A stretch of 64,000 bases of DNA from Promethearchaeati archaeon SRVP18_Atabeyarchaeia-1 (lineage in GTDB: Archaea > Asgardarchaeota > Atabeyarchaeia > Atabeyarchaeales > Atabeyarchaeaceae). Both the position numbers and the translations under genes were made by a program. The notes beneath the pieces are model-generated. The model was not told the origin of the DNA. It made no database searches and worked only from the letters and a program-made list of their open reading frames with translations. Shown here piece by piece: positions 7,888 to 17,692 of this stretch. The number at the start of each line of letters is the position of its first letter. The stretch's first letter is position 1. The stretch spans positions 1,376,001-1,440,000 of the forward strand of contig CP147779.1 in assembly GCA_037308085.1 (NCBI GenBank). Direction: 5' to 3'.

Positions 7888-10377
7888 CTATGCCTTTCGC
7901 TTTGATGTACTAGTACGACCTCTTTTCCTGAGAAGCAATGTTGCTACAAGTGCGCCCAGTACTGTGCCAGCCACCAGCATTATCACCAGTGTTCCTGTTC
8001 CTGTTAGTTGACCTCCACCAGTTCCCGACGCCCCGAATACTGCGAAGTAGCTGAAATGAGGAGCGACCGCGAAGATTAGTCCATGCGTGCGGTTCAAAGG
8101 CAATGTAGCACTTGTGAGCTTAGCCCAGTGCGCGGGGATCGTCGAATTCCAGATATAGAGCGCTAGGTTGTTCTCGTTTATGCCAAGTTGTGCTGCTCGC
8201 GTCCTATTGTAGTACACGTATAGTATGGTCTCGTTGCTAGCATACAGTTTTGCACCATGAATGTCCAAGTATATTACTGGCACGGCACCAAGAGGTGGTC
8301 CCAAGGTGCCTGGTGGCGGAAGGTTGAAGAACTTGACCGAGACATTGTCTGCACCTTCTGTGCGTAGGTTGAAGCCATACTGGCCAAAGCACCAACGCGG
8401 TGTTGAGGCTTGAATCCCTGACTGCTGGAAGTCCACGTAGAAGTGATAACCTGCGGCTTCAAACTCCTTTATCGCAAGGAGCCTCTGATTCAGGGTAGTG
8501 TCATTGCGCAGGACTATGCTGCTGTCGAACCCCCAAGTGACCCGTGTGAAGGGCGTGGTGACACCATATGAGCCATAGCCATTCGTCATGTTCTTCAATA
8601 TTGAGTCCTTTAGGAAGAGGTACTCGATTCCGCGTCTCATGTGCTTCGCTGCCTCCGCTGCCTTGCTTGGATCAGCCATTCCGACGGGCGTGCCTAGGCC
8701 TGTTCCGAAGATCGGATGCTGCATGTTGAATCCAAGTTCCTGAACCACGAATCCATCATGTGATGCTAGGTGGCAGAACGATGGGTTGAGTAGGCCCAAT
8801 TGTGTAGCGTTCTTCTCGAAGAAGTAAGTAGAATCGAGAACCTGGACGGTTCCAGCCTGTAGCGCCGCTATGGCATTACTGTTCTTTGGAATTGTTCTCA
8901 CATAGTAGTCTACTATACCGTACTCACCCGCGCCCTCAAGCGCCGCTCTATTGAAGTATCCCATGAACTTCGTTAGGTGTATTCCTGTACCAGCGTTGTA
9001 GCTTACGAATTTGTAGGGGCCAGCGCCGATGGGTCCAATTCCTGTTAGCAGTGATACGTTCTTAGCGTAGTAACGGTAGGAGCCGATGCCAGTTGTGAAA
9101 GCTGTGTTGTAGAAGTTCGCTGTTATTGTTGGATCCGGGTGCCAGCTGCTGTAGCTCGGTATCCCAGTGCTGCTATTCACAAGTACTGAGGCGGGCATTA
9201 TTGGGAATGTACAGATCTTCTGCAAAAAGAACGCATAGGTATCAAGCAAGTTGATGTGGACTTTGTATAGGTTAGTAGTCTCGCTTGCGCCAGGCGTTCC
9301 AGGTTCTCCGGCCCAATAGACGCTTCTGTTTGAACCCAGAACTTGTGGCATGTTGTATACAATTGAGTTTGAACTTGGGTAGGCCCAGCTTGATGTCAGG
9401 CAGTACCTGTAGGTGTATACGACATCTCTGGCGTCCAGTGTTTCGCCGTTTTGGAACTTGATTCCTGGTCTTATCCAGAAGGTCCAGTTCTTGAAGTCTG
9501 CTGAGTGCGTGTAGTTGCCGTAGGCCATGTATGGCTGCACGTCCCACGTTGGGGGTAATCCTCTCATTAGAAGACCGCTGCCTCCCATCTCCCCGAAGAT
9601 TGGCGCGTAGCCGGCCAATTCGTATTGGGCTCCCGATGCATACGCTGGGCAGAGACCTTCTACTCCACAGTCATACAACTGACCTAATGTAACCGAGGTA
9701 AGTGGGCTCGATGTGAAGGTCCAAGCCTCCACCCCAGGCCATCTCGGCGCGAAGTTTGTGCTAAACTGCGTCGAACTGAGGTTCTTGGCGAATGCTACGA
9801 CGTTCTTGGAGTAGTAAAGCGCAACACTCGGTACCTCATCGTAGGCGAACTCTTGCCACTGATGAACTAATTGTAGCAGCCTAGTCTGATTCATCTCATG
9901 TTGAATGGCGTTTAGGAGGTTGTCGTTCACCGTATTGTTCCAAAGGTAGTAGTTACTACCCCCACCGGTATCACTGGCAAATTGGCTACTGTGGTACATA
10001 TAGTAGAGGTAAGTCGGATCTGGCTCCATCTCGTACCCGACGCAATTGAAGTCGAATCCCCCATCAGCGAAAGTCTTGCCGCGTGTCGATGCAGACGGTC
10101 CGAGCGCTCTTGCGAAGTACTCGCTCCACGGGATTACCGCCAGGGTGGAGTTTATTCCAAGGTTCTGCAGAGCCGTCACGACCATCTGCCCGTACTGGAT
10201 TCTCACCGGATTGTTATTGGGAACGATCAAGGTGATGTTGAGGACTGGATCTACCCGTGCGGTGGTCCCAGAAGCAGATGCCTGCGTCATGAGCGCGAGT
10301 GGCGAATAGGGCGAAGAGAGTCCAACTAGCATTAGCGATGCGAAGAGCAATGCGTAAAGCTTCTTAGTACTATTCAA
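7888..10377 (-). CDS. Peptide/nickel ABC substrate-binding protein (family 5), with an extra C-terminal beta domain and membrane anchor
   Basis: Signal peptide; KFQNGETLDARDVVYT; IGAGPYKF; tail HFSYFAVFG + Gly linker + TM + basic residues. Confidence 0.85.
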   Translation of the reverse strand: MNSTKKLYALLFASLMLVGLSSPYSPLALMTQASASGTTARVDPVLNITLIVPNNNPVRIQYGQMVVTALQNLGINSTLAVIPWSEYFARALGPSASTRGKTFADGGFDFNCVGYEMEPDPTYLYYMYHSSQFASDTGGGSNYYLWNNTVNDNLLNAIQHEMNQTRLLQLVHQWQEFAYDEVPSVALYYSKNVVAFAKNLSSTQFSTNFAPRWPGVEAWTFTSSPLTSVTLGQLYDCGVEGLCPAYASGAQYELAGYAPIFGEMGGSGLLMRGLPPTWDVQPYMAYGNYTHSADFKNWTFWIRPGIKFQNGETLDARDVVYTYRYCLTSSWAYPSSNSIVYNMPQVLGSNRSVYWAGEPGTPGASETTNLYKVHINLLDTYAFFLQKICTFPIMPASVLVNSSTGIPSYSSWHPDPTITANFYNTAFTTGIGSYRYYAKNVSLLTGIGPIGAGPYKFVSYNAGTGIHLTKFMGYFNRAALEGAGEYGIVDYYVRTIPKNSNAIAALQAGTVQVLDSTYFFEKNATQLGLLNPSFCHLASHDGFVVQELGFNMQHPIFGTGLGTPVGMADPSKAAEAAKHMRRGIEYLFLKDSILKNMTNGYGSYGVTTPFTRVTWGFDSSIVLRNDTTLNQRLLAIKEFEAAGYHFYVDFQQSGIQASTPRWCFGQYGFNLRTEGADNVSVKFFNLPPPGTLGPPLGAVPVIYLDIHGAKLYASNETILYVYYNRTRAAQLGINENNLALYIWNSTIPAHWAKLTSATLPLNRTHGLIFAVAPHFSYFAVFGASGTGGGQLTGTGTLVIMLVAGTVLGALVATLLLRKRGRTSTSKRKA

Positions 10378-10707
10378 TCGATACTCCCTCTATTCTCCGC
10401 GAATTCCACTGATGCCCTCTGTCTTAGCATTCTAACGTATATAGGTTTGTATACCAAAAGCTATTCCGCGCGCAGCAGGTAGGCTGAATCTCCTCTGAAC
10501 AAGAGATCATGAGCTACATTTCTTCTTGGCACATCGTGATAGGTACGCTAACAGAGCTCGCAGGTTGTTCTCTGCGTTCGCGGGCAATCCTGCTTTTCAC
10601 GTAGAGAAAGGCCGATTGCCCGACACCACGAGACATGCTTGAAGCCCTAAACCCCTCAAGCAAGGCTTATTATCACTTGGGCTATCATCTACCGCCGGTG
10701 ATCGCGC

Positions 10708-11214
10708 GTGAGTTCTGGGATTGAAGGACCTCTAAGTGGAGAGGGCACGAAAGATATGCCCAAGAAGGAATTAGAAGCACACATCGTGCAGTTCTTGAAG
10801 AGCCAGAACATGTGCGTTCTGGCAACCTGCAGAGATGATAAGCCTAGAGCCACACCTATCGAATACTATTCCAAAGGAACGATTCTCTACATGATTGCAG
10901 AAGAAGGTCAGAAGCTGAAGAACATAGAAAGGAATCCAAATGTCAGTGTCGGCATCTACGCTCCATACACAGGTTGGTTTACGGCGAGGGGGGTCCAGGT
11001 CACTGGGAAAGCGAAGATCATAACACGAGAGAACGCAGCTGAATTCAAAGATGCGATGTCGGTCTATAAGTGGCAAGAGGCGGTTAAGGAGCTGGGAATA
11101 AAAGAGCTGCCTCAGGCAGTCAAAGTCCTAAAGATTGAATCTGAGAAAATAGAAATGGCCGACATGTCACTGAGAACCAAGGGCTACGCGGCAAGACAGG
11201 TCTGGACTAGATGA
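10708..11214 (+). CDS. Pyridoxamine 5'-phosphate oxidase-like split-barrel protein
   Basis: CVLATC..DKPRATP, KLKNIERNPNVSV, GVQVTGKA. Confidence 0.85.
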   Translation: MSSGIEGPLSGEGTKDMPKKELEAHIVQFLKSQNMCVLATCRDDKPRATPIEYYSKGTILYMIAEEGQKLKNIERNPNVSVGIYAPYTGWFTARGVQVTGKAKIITRENAAEFKDAMSVYKWQEAVKELGIKELPQAVKVLKIESEKIEMADMSLRTKGYAARQVWTR

Positions 11215-11338
11215 ATCAATCCAGTGTTTTCTCAACTGCTAATGCCTCGAAGATCGGGTCTCACGTTCTCCTCTTGGCAAATGAAGTGGCGCCGCTTCAG
11301 AATCCCCTATTGGTATGTTCTGCACCCGCAGTGCCTGC

Positions 11339-11803
11339 TCAGATCCATTTCCGGACTTTCTTCTTGTAATCAACATATTCCTTGCCAAATCTGCTTGTCA
11401 GTAGCCGCTCCTCATAGTTGGCCATCCTGTTGTAAGCGGCAAATGCAACAAACCATGGTACCAGGCTCAGCAGCGAGAAACTCCAGAGAGTGAACGGAAG
11501 ATAGAGAAGAAGAGTTCCTAGGTAGAGCGGGTGTCTGGCATGACCGTAGATCCCTGTGGTCGTCAGCTTCCCAGCCTTCATGGCGTGCAAGTGGCTGTGA
11601 GCCAATTCCGTGATGGCCAGTCCAATAACGAGAACACTCAATGCAAGCCCGACCCGAACAAGGCAAGGAATGTACACTGCCAGGAATGTCGAGTAACCAA
11701 GAATAAATGAATCAGCGAACCATACAGACAAGAACAAGAGGAAACAAGAGATCTGTAACAAATGCCCGTGCGGAAGCTCACCTTCCTCGTGGTGTCTGCT
11801 CAA
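11339..11803 (-). CDS. Isoprenylcysteine carboxyl methyltransferase/PEMT family membrane protein
   Basis: LTTTGIYGHARHPLYLG ... EERLL...FGKEY..YKKKV. Confidence 0.85.
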   Translation of the reverse strand: MSRHHEEGELPHGHLLQISCFLLFLSVWFADSFILGYSTFLAVYIPCLVRVGLALSVLVIGLAITELAHSHLHAMKAGKLTTTGIYGHARHPLYLGTLLLYLPFTLWSFSLLSLVPWFVAFAAYNRMANYEERLLTSRFGKEYVDYKKKVRKWI

Positions 11804-11859
11804 CGACGACTCCTCCAGAGAAAGGACTACGCGGAGAATCCTGCCACGTGTTATGTGAA

Positions 11860-12008
11860 TGGTAGCCCCGGGGAGAATCTCGCTCCGAGAGGTTTCCTCG
11901 GGAGATTCGAACTCCCGTCAACGGGTGTCTCCAGACAGAAGACTTGGTAGGTATCTTACACTTCTGTCCACCAGAGCCCGCCATCATTGGCCGCTAGACC
12001 ACGGGGCT
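11860..12008 (-). tRNA. tRNA-Gln(CTG) with two introns (37/38: 11927-11970, 44 nt; 59/60: 11877-11905, 29 nt) and encoded CCA
   Basis: Mature sequence AGCCCCG TGGTCTAGCGGCCAATGATG GCGGG CTCTGGA CCCGT TGAC GGGAG TTCGAAT CTCCC CGGGGCT A CCA. Both junction pairs form bulge-helix-bulge motifs (CTCT/GGAG and TTCG/CGAG helices with 3-nt bulges). Confidence 0.95.
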
Positions 12009-12352
12009 ACAACAAGTAGGTTTGTGTGGCATCATACTTATGTCTTACTGTATCGTGTTCGTCTAGGTATCATCCAAATAGATGGACCCCCCACGTGTTT
12101 CAGACAACAGGTACAAGGTACGCAGACAGGACTGGCGCGGCGCGGATCTCACATTTCTGTTCTCAATTGCGGCGGTAGCATGCTGCACCAATGCTGTTGA
12201 CAATTCTCCTCTCAATGCGGTATTCGATGCAATATTCGCATCGATGTTTCTTCTGTCAATAATAGGTTGTTCTCCTGAGGAAATATTGATAAGTTCACTA
12301 TTCGTTAGCCAAACATATGTTCGAGTCCCCTTAGGGGAGATGAATTGAAGAC

Positions 12353-13087
12353 ATGAGAAAGTTAACAAAGACGATAGGTATCTCGGTTCTAGCCTTGATG
12401 CTTCTCTCTCTCAGCGCTACTTCTGCCTCTGCGGCTACCTACAACTACTACTTGACTCCTAATATGGGTGCATACGCCACTTACAGGTGCCTCTTCAGCA
12501 ACTCATCGTTGTTTCCTTCCAACACTCAGACTACTATGGGTTTCATGCTAATTGAGAAGAGTATGTCGCACAACGCTACGATGCACTACCAGAACAACAC
12601 ATACTACGTAGAAGGAGCTACTATCGGGGTCTACCTCAATGACACTCTATGGGACCTTGGTGATGTCACTATTCAGAATGGACCGCCTTACGGTCTTATC
12701 TTCTTGCCGACATCAGATGGCTGGTGGAACTTCATCAAAACCTTTGCTGAAGATCCTGCCAACAACCCCAGTGGACGGAACAACGTCACAATAGGCCCAA
12801 GTGAAGTTGACGTGATCATGTTCACGTCAAGCGGTGGCTATAACTCCACAATCTGGCTCACGGTTGATCGGCACCTTGGTATCCCGAACGGTTTCAGCGT
12901 CCTATCAGTAGAACTAGCACATCCGACCAACAAGCAGTACTATGAATGCGGGTTACTCCAATACAGCGTTCCCAGCAGTCCATTGGCTCCGGAACAAGCT
13001 CCACCGATTCTAGTCATTGGAGTAGCTGGAGTCGCCTTAGCTTCTGGGTTAGCCCTAGGGTTCCTGATCGGGAAGAGAAGAGTGTAG
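12353..13087 (+). CDS. Secreted, C-terminally membrane-anchored hypothetical protein
   Basis: Signal peptide, several N-x-S/T sequons, Pro linker, TM, KRRV tail. Confidence 0.8.
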   Translation: MRKLTKTIGISVLALMLLSLSATSASAATYNYYLTPNMGAYATYRCLFSNSSLFPSNTQTTMGFMLIEKSMSHNATMHYQNNTYYVEGATIGVYLNDTLWDLGDVTIQNGPPYGLIFLPTSDGWWNFIKTFAEDPANNPSGRNNVTIGPSEVDVIMFTSSGGYNSTIWLTVDRHLGIPNGFSVLSVELAHPTNKQYYECGLLQYSVPSSPLAPEQAPPILVIGVAGVALASGLALGFLIGKRRV

Positions 13088-13181
13088 CGGGCAAGGGCAA
13101 AAGCCTTGCCTGCCTTTACCTTTTTCTATGTGTGCAAGGAACTGCCAGATATGAGGAATAGGAAAACCGGAGTACTCAAAA

Positions 13182-13556
13182 TCATCTTCTAGCAGAGAGA
13201 CGGTCTCTGGCTTCTTTTAGTCTCTCTTCCGACAAATAGTACTTGCCATCTATCTTAACGAAAACGCCCGCCCTGCCCAAACGCCTGTCCATAGCTCTTT
13301 CAAATCGTGGACCTAGTCCCAATTCTGAGGCAGTCATGGCCGTTTCTGGGCTGATTGCCCCTTTCGTGCGGAACCTTTCGGTTAGCTTTAGAATCCTTTC
13401 TCTCATGAAGAAGCCCGCGTGGAAGGGGCGCAATCGAGTGACTGGAGTATTATCGGTTACCCCTACTTCGACGGAGGTTCCACATTTACTGCAGAATTTG
13501 GCGCCTGGCACGAGCTTGATTCCACAGATTTTGCAGTAGTACGGCTCATTCTCCAT
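13182..13556 (-). CDS. Zinc-ribbon domain protein
   Basis: YCKICG...AKFCSKCG followed by a basic, possibly winged-helix-like region. Confidence 0.8.
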   Translation of the reverse strand: MENEPYYCKICGIKLVPGAKFCSKCGTSVEVGVTDNTPVTRLRPFHAGFFMRERILKLTERFRTKGAISPETAMTASELGLGPRFERAMDRRLGRAGVFVKIDGKYYLSEERLKEARDRLSARR

Positions 13557-13608
13557 GGCTTAAACCATCCGGCTTGGTGCCCATCTTGATCTCTGGCAAC
13601 TAGTATAG

Positions 13609-13640
13609 AGGTGGAAATACAAATAAACTAAGGTGGAAAT
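13609..13640. promoter_or_regulatory. Direct repeat AGGTGGAAAT x2 (22-bp period) upstream of the zinc-ribbon gene
   Basis: Exact 10-mers at 13609-13618 and 13631-13640. Confidence 0.4.
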
Positions 13641-13730
13641 CTCGGCTTAACCCCGGTTTCCTTCTTCACCCCTTTTGATCGGATTTCATGCCGTGCTATT
13701 TCCAGAACCATCTCGTTCTGGGTCAGGATT

Positions 13731-16700
13731 TCAATTCGGGTTTACTTGTACTTGGAGTGTTTCTCCTTGTTTGATGGTAACCGGCTCTTCTAGATCGATT
13801 TGGAGAATCTTGTCTTTATGCTTCACCTGCTTTAGAGGTATCACCGCGGAGTCCTTCTGGACGGTTACACTAGGCGGTCCCTCACGTGGTTGGATCACAA
13901 GTGTGTTGACTGTAAGTGCTCCTTCATTTACTGTGACTGTGTCAGTTTGCTCATCGCCGTCTCCACGAGTTTGGGAGATTATTCCCCATGCCGAAGGTAT
14001 AACGAAGACTGATCTGAAGTTGCCTTGATTCACCTTCGGTTCGAAGCTGAGTGAGTGCCGAGGCGCGTCGTAGTTGATGCCTCCGAGGTCGGTGAGAACC
14101 GCCCAGATGTCCATGGCGCGATAGTAGTGCCCACCGCACTCAATGTGATTCCACGTTAGCCCAGCTTTCTGGTATCGATCATAGACATTCTTCACTATGG
14201 TCAACCCCTCATCGACGAACCCTTCCTGAATCAAGAGAGATGCGACCGCATATTCTGTCCCGGTCCAAGGGTTGTCGCGCTGCGTCGAGGGAGAAGTGAA
14301 CCCCCCAAGTCCACTAGCTGTCTCACTACCCTTACCCGCGAACTTCTCTGGTAGGGCTCCGTTGAGAAGCCCCGCATCGCTGCGGAAGTTGTACTTGTAG
14401 ACTGCCTTCAGAGCTGCCTTGATATGCTCTTTGTCAAGGATGTCGCCCAACTTCAGGAAGTTCGCGAACCACTGTCCACTCAGCTGATCCGCCATACAAT
14501 AGAAGTTAGTTTTCCCAGAAGGTGGATCATGCCACAGATCATAGTACTCTCCATTCCAGAGTAGCTTCTCCATGTTTCCACGAGCCTTAGCATATATGCC
14601 ATCCATCTTCTTGGCATAAGATTCCTCGCCCATCAGCTTAGCCATCTGACCGGTTGCCTTGAGGGCAGCGAGCCATATTGAGCTGACATACGCCGAATAA
14701 CCAAGGAAGTCCCAGACATCATATGTCTGAGAAGCTATGTACGTGTCGGTCAATGAACGATCGTAGTGGTACGGAAGTAGGATACCATGCTCATCGAGTG
14801 CAAGGTTGTGATCCATCGCCGCCTTTACATGTGGCCACATCTCATCAAGGTACTTCCTGTCCCCTGTCCACAGATAATCCCTCAGAATCAGCAGAGCGAA
14901 CTTTGGCATTAGGTCTATCATGTGATAAGCATCCACCGCGTTGAAGGCCCCGGGGAACATATGGGGGATGCGACCTGTAGCATCCTGACCAGTCTTGGCA
15001 ACGATCTCCCGATACACTCTAAGCCGCTTCGCCTTGTTCGTCAAGATGGCTGGATCTCGCTTCACGTATTCCTCGAATAGCTTCTTATTCTTCGGGAAAG
15101 CGATGAAGTACTCATGGTATCTCCTTGACTCAGGGACCAACTGGAGGTTAGCTGTCATCCTCATCTCAGCCTTCTGAAGCTCAGGGAAGAACAGAAGCAC
15201 CGGATGGGAGCCGTAGTAGGTCACATCGAGGGTTTGTAGTCCACAGCAACCCAACCCTTCCCATATTCCAAACCGCCCGTCCTTCACATAGAACGAACTC
15301 TTCACAAAGGTGGTAAGCTGAGCGTTCACAGCATCAACAAGCCAGTAGTCAAAGTAGGATTGGTAGAGCGCATCATGGAAGACTCTGCTTCTTCCTTCAA
15401 GCTGCTTGAGATTCTTCACAACATATTCTGCGACGCTGAGGGCACTGGAGAACCAGTTCTCGTACATGTGCCCCATCCTCTCCGAGCCATCAGCAGTAAC
15501 GTGGTTGGGGAAGAACCAGGTAAGCAGGAAAGTCACTTTGGCCTCTGCGCTCGGCTGCAATGAAAGTCTTGAGCACAGGAGCCCTTGCGGACCTTTTAGC
15601 TTCGGAGGAGAGATTGCCAGCTTGGGGGGAGGTACGATCTTCTCAAGGAACTTCTGTTTCTCACGTAGATCCTTCTCGATCTCAGGTCTCTGGGCAACCA
15701 TTTCGTCATATTGCTCCTTGGCGGCAGGACTGTACCGCATCCTCTGCTCAAGTATGAACATCCATCTTTTCTTTGGGTCAGCCTGAAGTGTGAGGTCTGA
15801 GGCGACAGCTTCCTCGAATTCTGGGACATTCGAGACTACACCAGACTCTAGTACCTTCTGGATCTCCTTGGGGAATGCCATGTACGCGCCTCCAAGTTTG
15901 CTTACGCTCTGAGCCAAGTCAGGCAGACTTTGAAGAACCGTTGCCAGAAAAGGTGGAGGAGTCTTATCCATGTTGTCAAGCTGACCTTCTGTCTGGAGTA
16001 TCCTCCAGTACTCCTCACCGCTAGATCCTGACCCAGTCAAGTCAGTCACAACGTATTGGGAGGCGCGATATGAGATTGCTTCTTGCCCGGACTTCAGGCA
16101 CGCCAGCGCCAGCGAGCCCTGATGCTGAAAGTGATCTTGAGGGATATTCTTTGCAGTCATCTCGATTGCTGTGAACTGATCATTTTGGGTAACCTTGTTT
16201 ACTGCCTCACTTCTGCGAACGCCCTTCCCCACAGCGTTAACAATACCCCCGAGAACAGACACATCCAACTCTTCATTTGAAACATTCTTCAAGGTGAATG
16301 TGAATACTGCTGTGGGCAGCGCCGAGTTCTTAACATCCAAAGGAATAAAAGGCGAGAAGGCAGCCAGCTGAACCTCAACTGGGAGATCGGTCTTGTAGTT
16401 GACCTTGACAAATGGGAACTCTCCGACATACTCAGTAGCCTCGACATTCTTGATGAAGGATCCAACGTAGAGCCTGTTGATCTCACTTTTCTCCTTTGAT
16501 GCCAGAATCCTGACCTTAGGCTCACTGCTGGGCGCCTTGACCCGCACAGCAAAATAGAGGTCATCAGGATCGAGAATCTCCTCCCCCTTCCAATCCACTA
16601 CGAGCGCTCCACCGCTCCAAGGGGGATTGTTGAATATCTGCCACTCGTAGAAGCGCCCATCCGACCTAAGCTCTACGGAGCCCGTGCCAATGCCTCCAAG

Positions 16701-16826
16701 TGGAATGCCTGAAAGCGGCTTCGCCGTACTTCTCAGAACCTTTTCAGGCGGAACCGTGGAACAGCAATCACTTTCCCCGCTGCCCTTGGTTTTTCCGCAA
16801 CCGCATCCTCTGCTCATGTGTGTCAT
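13731..16826 (-). CDS. GH116 beta-glucosidase/glucosylceramidase-like glycoside hydrolase
   Basis: GIPLGGIGTG, GRFGIWEG, TLDVTYY, QTYDVW, MADQLSGQW, WTGTEY, ECGGHYYRAM. Confidence 0.92.
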   Translation of the reverse strand: MTHMSRGCGCGKTKGSGESDCCSTVPPEKVLRSTAKPLSGIPLGGIGTGSVELRSDGRFYEWQIFNNPPWSGGALVVDWKGEEILDPDDLYFAVRVKAPSSEPKVRILASKEKSEINRLYVGSFIKNVEATEYVGEFPFVKVNYKTDLPVEVQLAAFSPFIPLDVKNSALPTAVFTFTLKNVSNEELDVSVLGGIVNAVGKGVRRSEAVNKVTQNDQFTAIEMTAKNIPQDHFQHQGSLALACLKSGQEAISYRASQYVVTDLTGSGSSGEEYWRILQTEGQLDNMDKTPPPFLATVLQSLPDLAQSVSKLGGAYMAFPKEIQKVLESGVVSNVPEFEEAVASDLTLQADPKKRWMFILEQRMRYSPAAKEQYDEMVAQRPEIEKDLREKQKFLEKIVPPPKLAISPPKLKGPQGLLCSRLSLQPSAEAKVTFLLTWFFPNHVTADGSERMGHMYENWFSSALSVAEYVVKNLKQLEGRSRVFHDALYQSYFDYWLVDAVNAQLTTFVKSSFYVKDGRFGIWEGLGCCGLQTLDVTYYGSHPVLLFFPELQKAEMRMTANLQLVPESRRYHEYFIAFPKNKKLFEEYVKRDPAILTNKAKRLRVYREIVAKTGQDATGRIPHMFPGAFNAVDAYHMIDLMPKFALLILRDYLWTGDRKYLDEMWPHVKAAMDHNLALDEHGILLPYHYDRSLTDTYIASQTYDVWDFLGYSAYVSSIWLAALKATGQMAKLMGEESYAKKMDGIYAKARGNMEKLLWNGEYYDLWHDPPSGKTNFYCMADQLSGQWFANFLKLGDILDKEHIKAALKAVYKYNFRSDAGLLNGALPEKFAGKGSETASGLGGFTSPSTQRDNPWTGTEYAVASLLIQEGFVDEGLTIVKNVYDRYQKAGLTWNHIECGGHYYRAMDIWAVLTDLGGINYDAPRHSLSFEPKVNQGNFRSVFVIPSAWGIISQTRGDGDEQTDTVTVNEGALTVNTLVIQPREGPPSVTVQKDSAVIPLKQVKHKDKILQIDLEEPVTIKQGETLQVQVNPN

Positions 16827-16972
16827 CTCACAAACAACCAGTAATAGTCAATTGGTCAAACACATAATGACTTCAGTTGCTTCATCATAATAAGAATTTT
16901 GAAATCAGCTTCTTAGAAGGTTGTGCGGAGCAAAGTCTATATTCAACGGGATCGTAGGATGGAATAGGTCTG

Positions 16973-17692
16973 ATGGCTATGAAAAACAGCGACGGCTACA
17001 TATTGAAGGTCTCAAACCTCACTGTCAAGCTGCAAAACCAAGTTATCCTTGACAACCTAAGCTTCCAACTCAAGAAGGGAATAACCTTAGCGATTTTCGG
17101 ACCAAACGGTGCTGGGAAGACAACGCTTGTGAAAGCGCTACTCAACCTTGTACCGTACCAAGGAACCATTGAGTGGGAAGAGAAAGTGAGAATAGGCTAC
17201 GTGCCTCAGAACATCACCGTTAGTGACATACCGATTTCCGTGAAAGAGTTCCTGTCAGTCAAGGGTCGCCGAGACATCGAGAAATACCTCAGCCTAGTCA
17301 AACTCACCGACGCCAGCATGCCGAACAGGAACCTAGGTCTACTATCTGGTGGGGAACTACGCAGGGTATTGATCGCTTGGGCTCTTATTGATGACCCAAC
17401 TGTTCTGCTATTCGATGAGCCTACGACGGGAGTTGACATGGGTAGCGAAGAGCCCATCTACGTTATGCTCAGCGAGCTGAAACAGAAGAGGAAAATAACG
17501 ATGCTCCTGATATCGCATGATATCCATATTGTCAGAGAGCACTCTGATCAGGTGCTTGCCCTGAACAGATCTGCGACATTTTTCGGAGAATCCAGGGAAA
17601 TAATGAATCCCTCAATACAACAAATGATCTGCGGAGAGACCGTGTGCAAGGGATGGAACGATGAGAGGGAGTCAGGGTGGCAGAAGCCTTAG
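16973..17692 (+). CDS. Metal (Zn/Mn) ABC transporter ATPase, ZnuC-like
   Basis: GPNGAGKT, IGYVPQ, LSGGE, LLFDEP, ISHD. Confidence 0.9.
   Translation: MAMKNSDGYILKVSNLTVKLQNQVILDNLSFQLKKGITLAIFGPNGAGKTTLVKALLNLVPYQGTIEWEEKVRIGYVPQNITVSDIPISVKEFLSVKGRRDIEKYLSLVKLTDASMPNRNLGLLSGGELRRVLIAWALIDDPTVLLFDEPTTGVDMGSEEPIYVMLSELKQKRKITMLLISHDIHIVREHSDQVLALNRSATFFGESREIMNPSIQQMICGETVCKGWNDERESGWQKP

Noticed and set aside
10581-10622. Hairpin CGGGCAATC...GATTGCCCG between divergent genes
   Set aside because: Single isolated stem with no other copy or recognisable RNA family.
1-11860. Integrated element using the tRNA-Gln 3' end as att site
   Set aside because: No duplicate of the tRNA 3' end was seen to the left and no integrase is in the window.
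11762-12368. Short ORFs over and beside the tRNA
   Set aside because: They overlap the tRNA or its promoter region and have no protein-like features.
16481-16490. TCTCACTTTT as target of the 61.6 kb guide
   Set aside because: Only a 10-nt match, plausible by chance in 64 kb, and no TAM is known.
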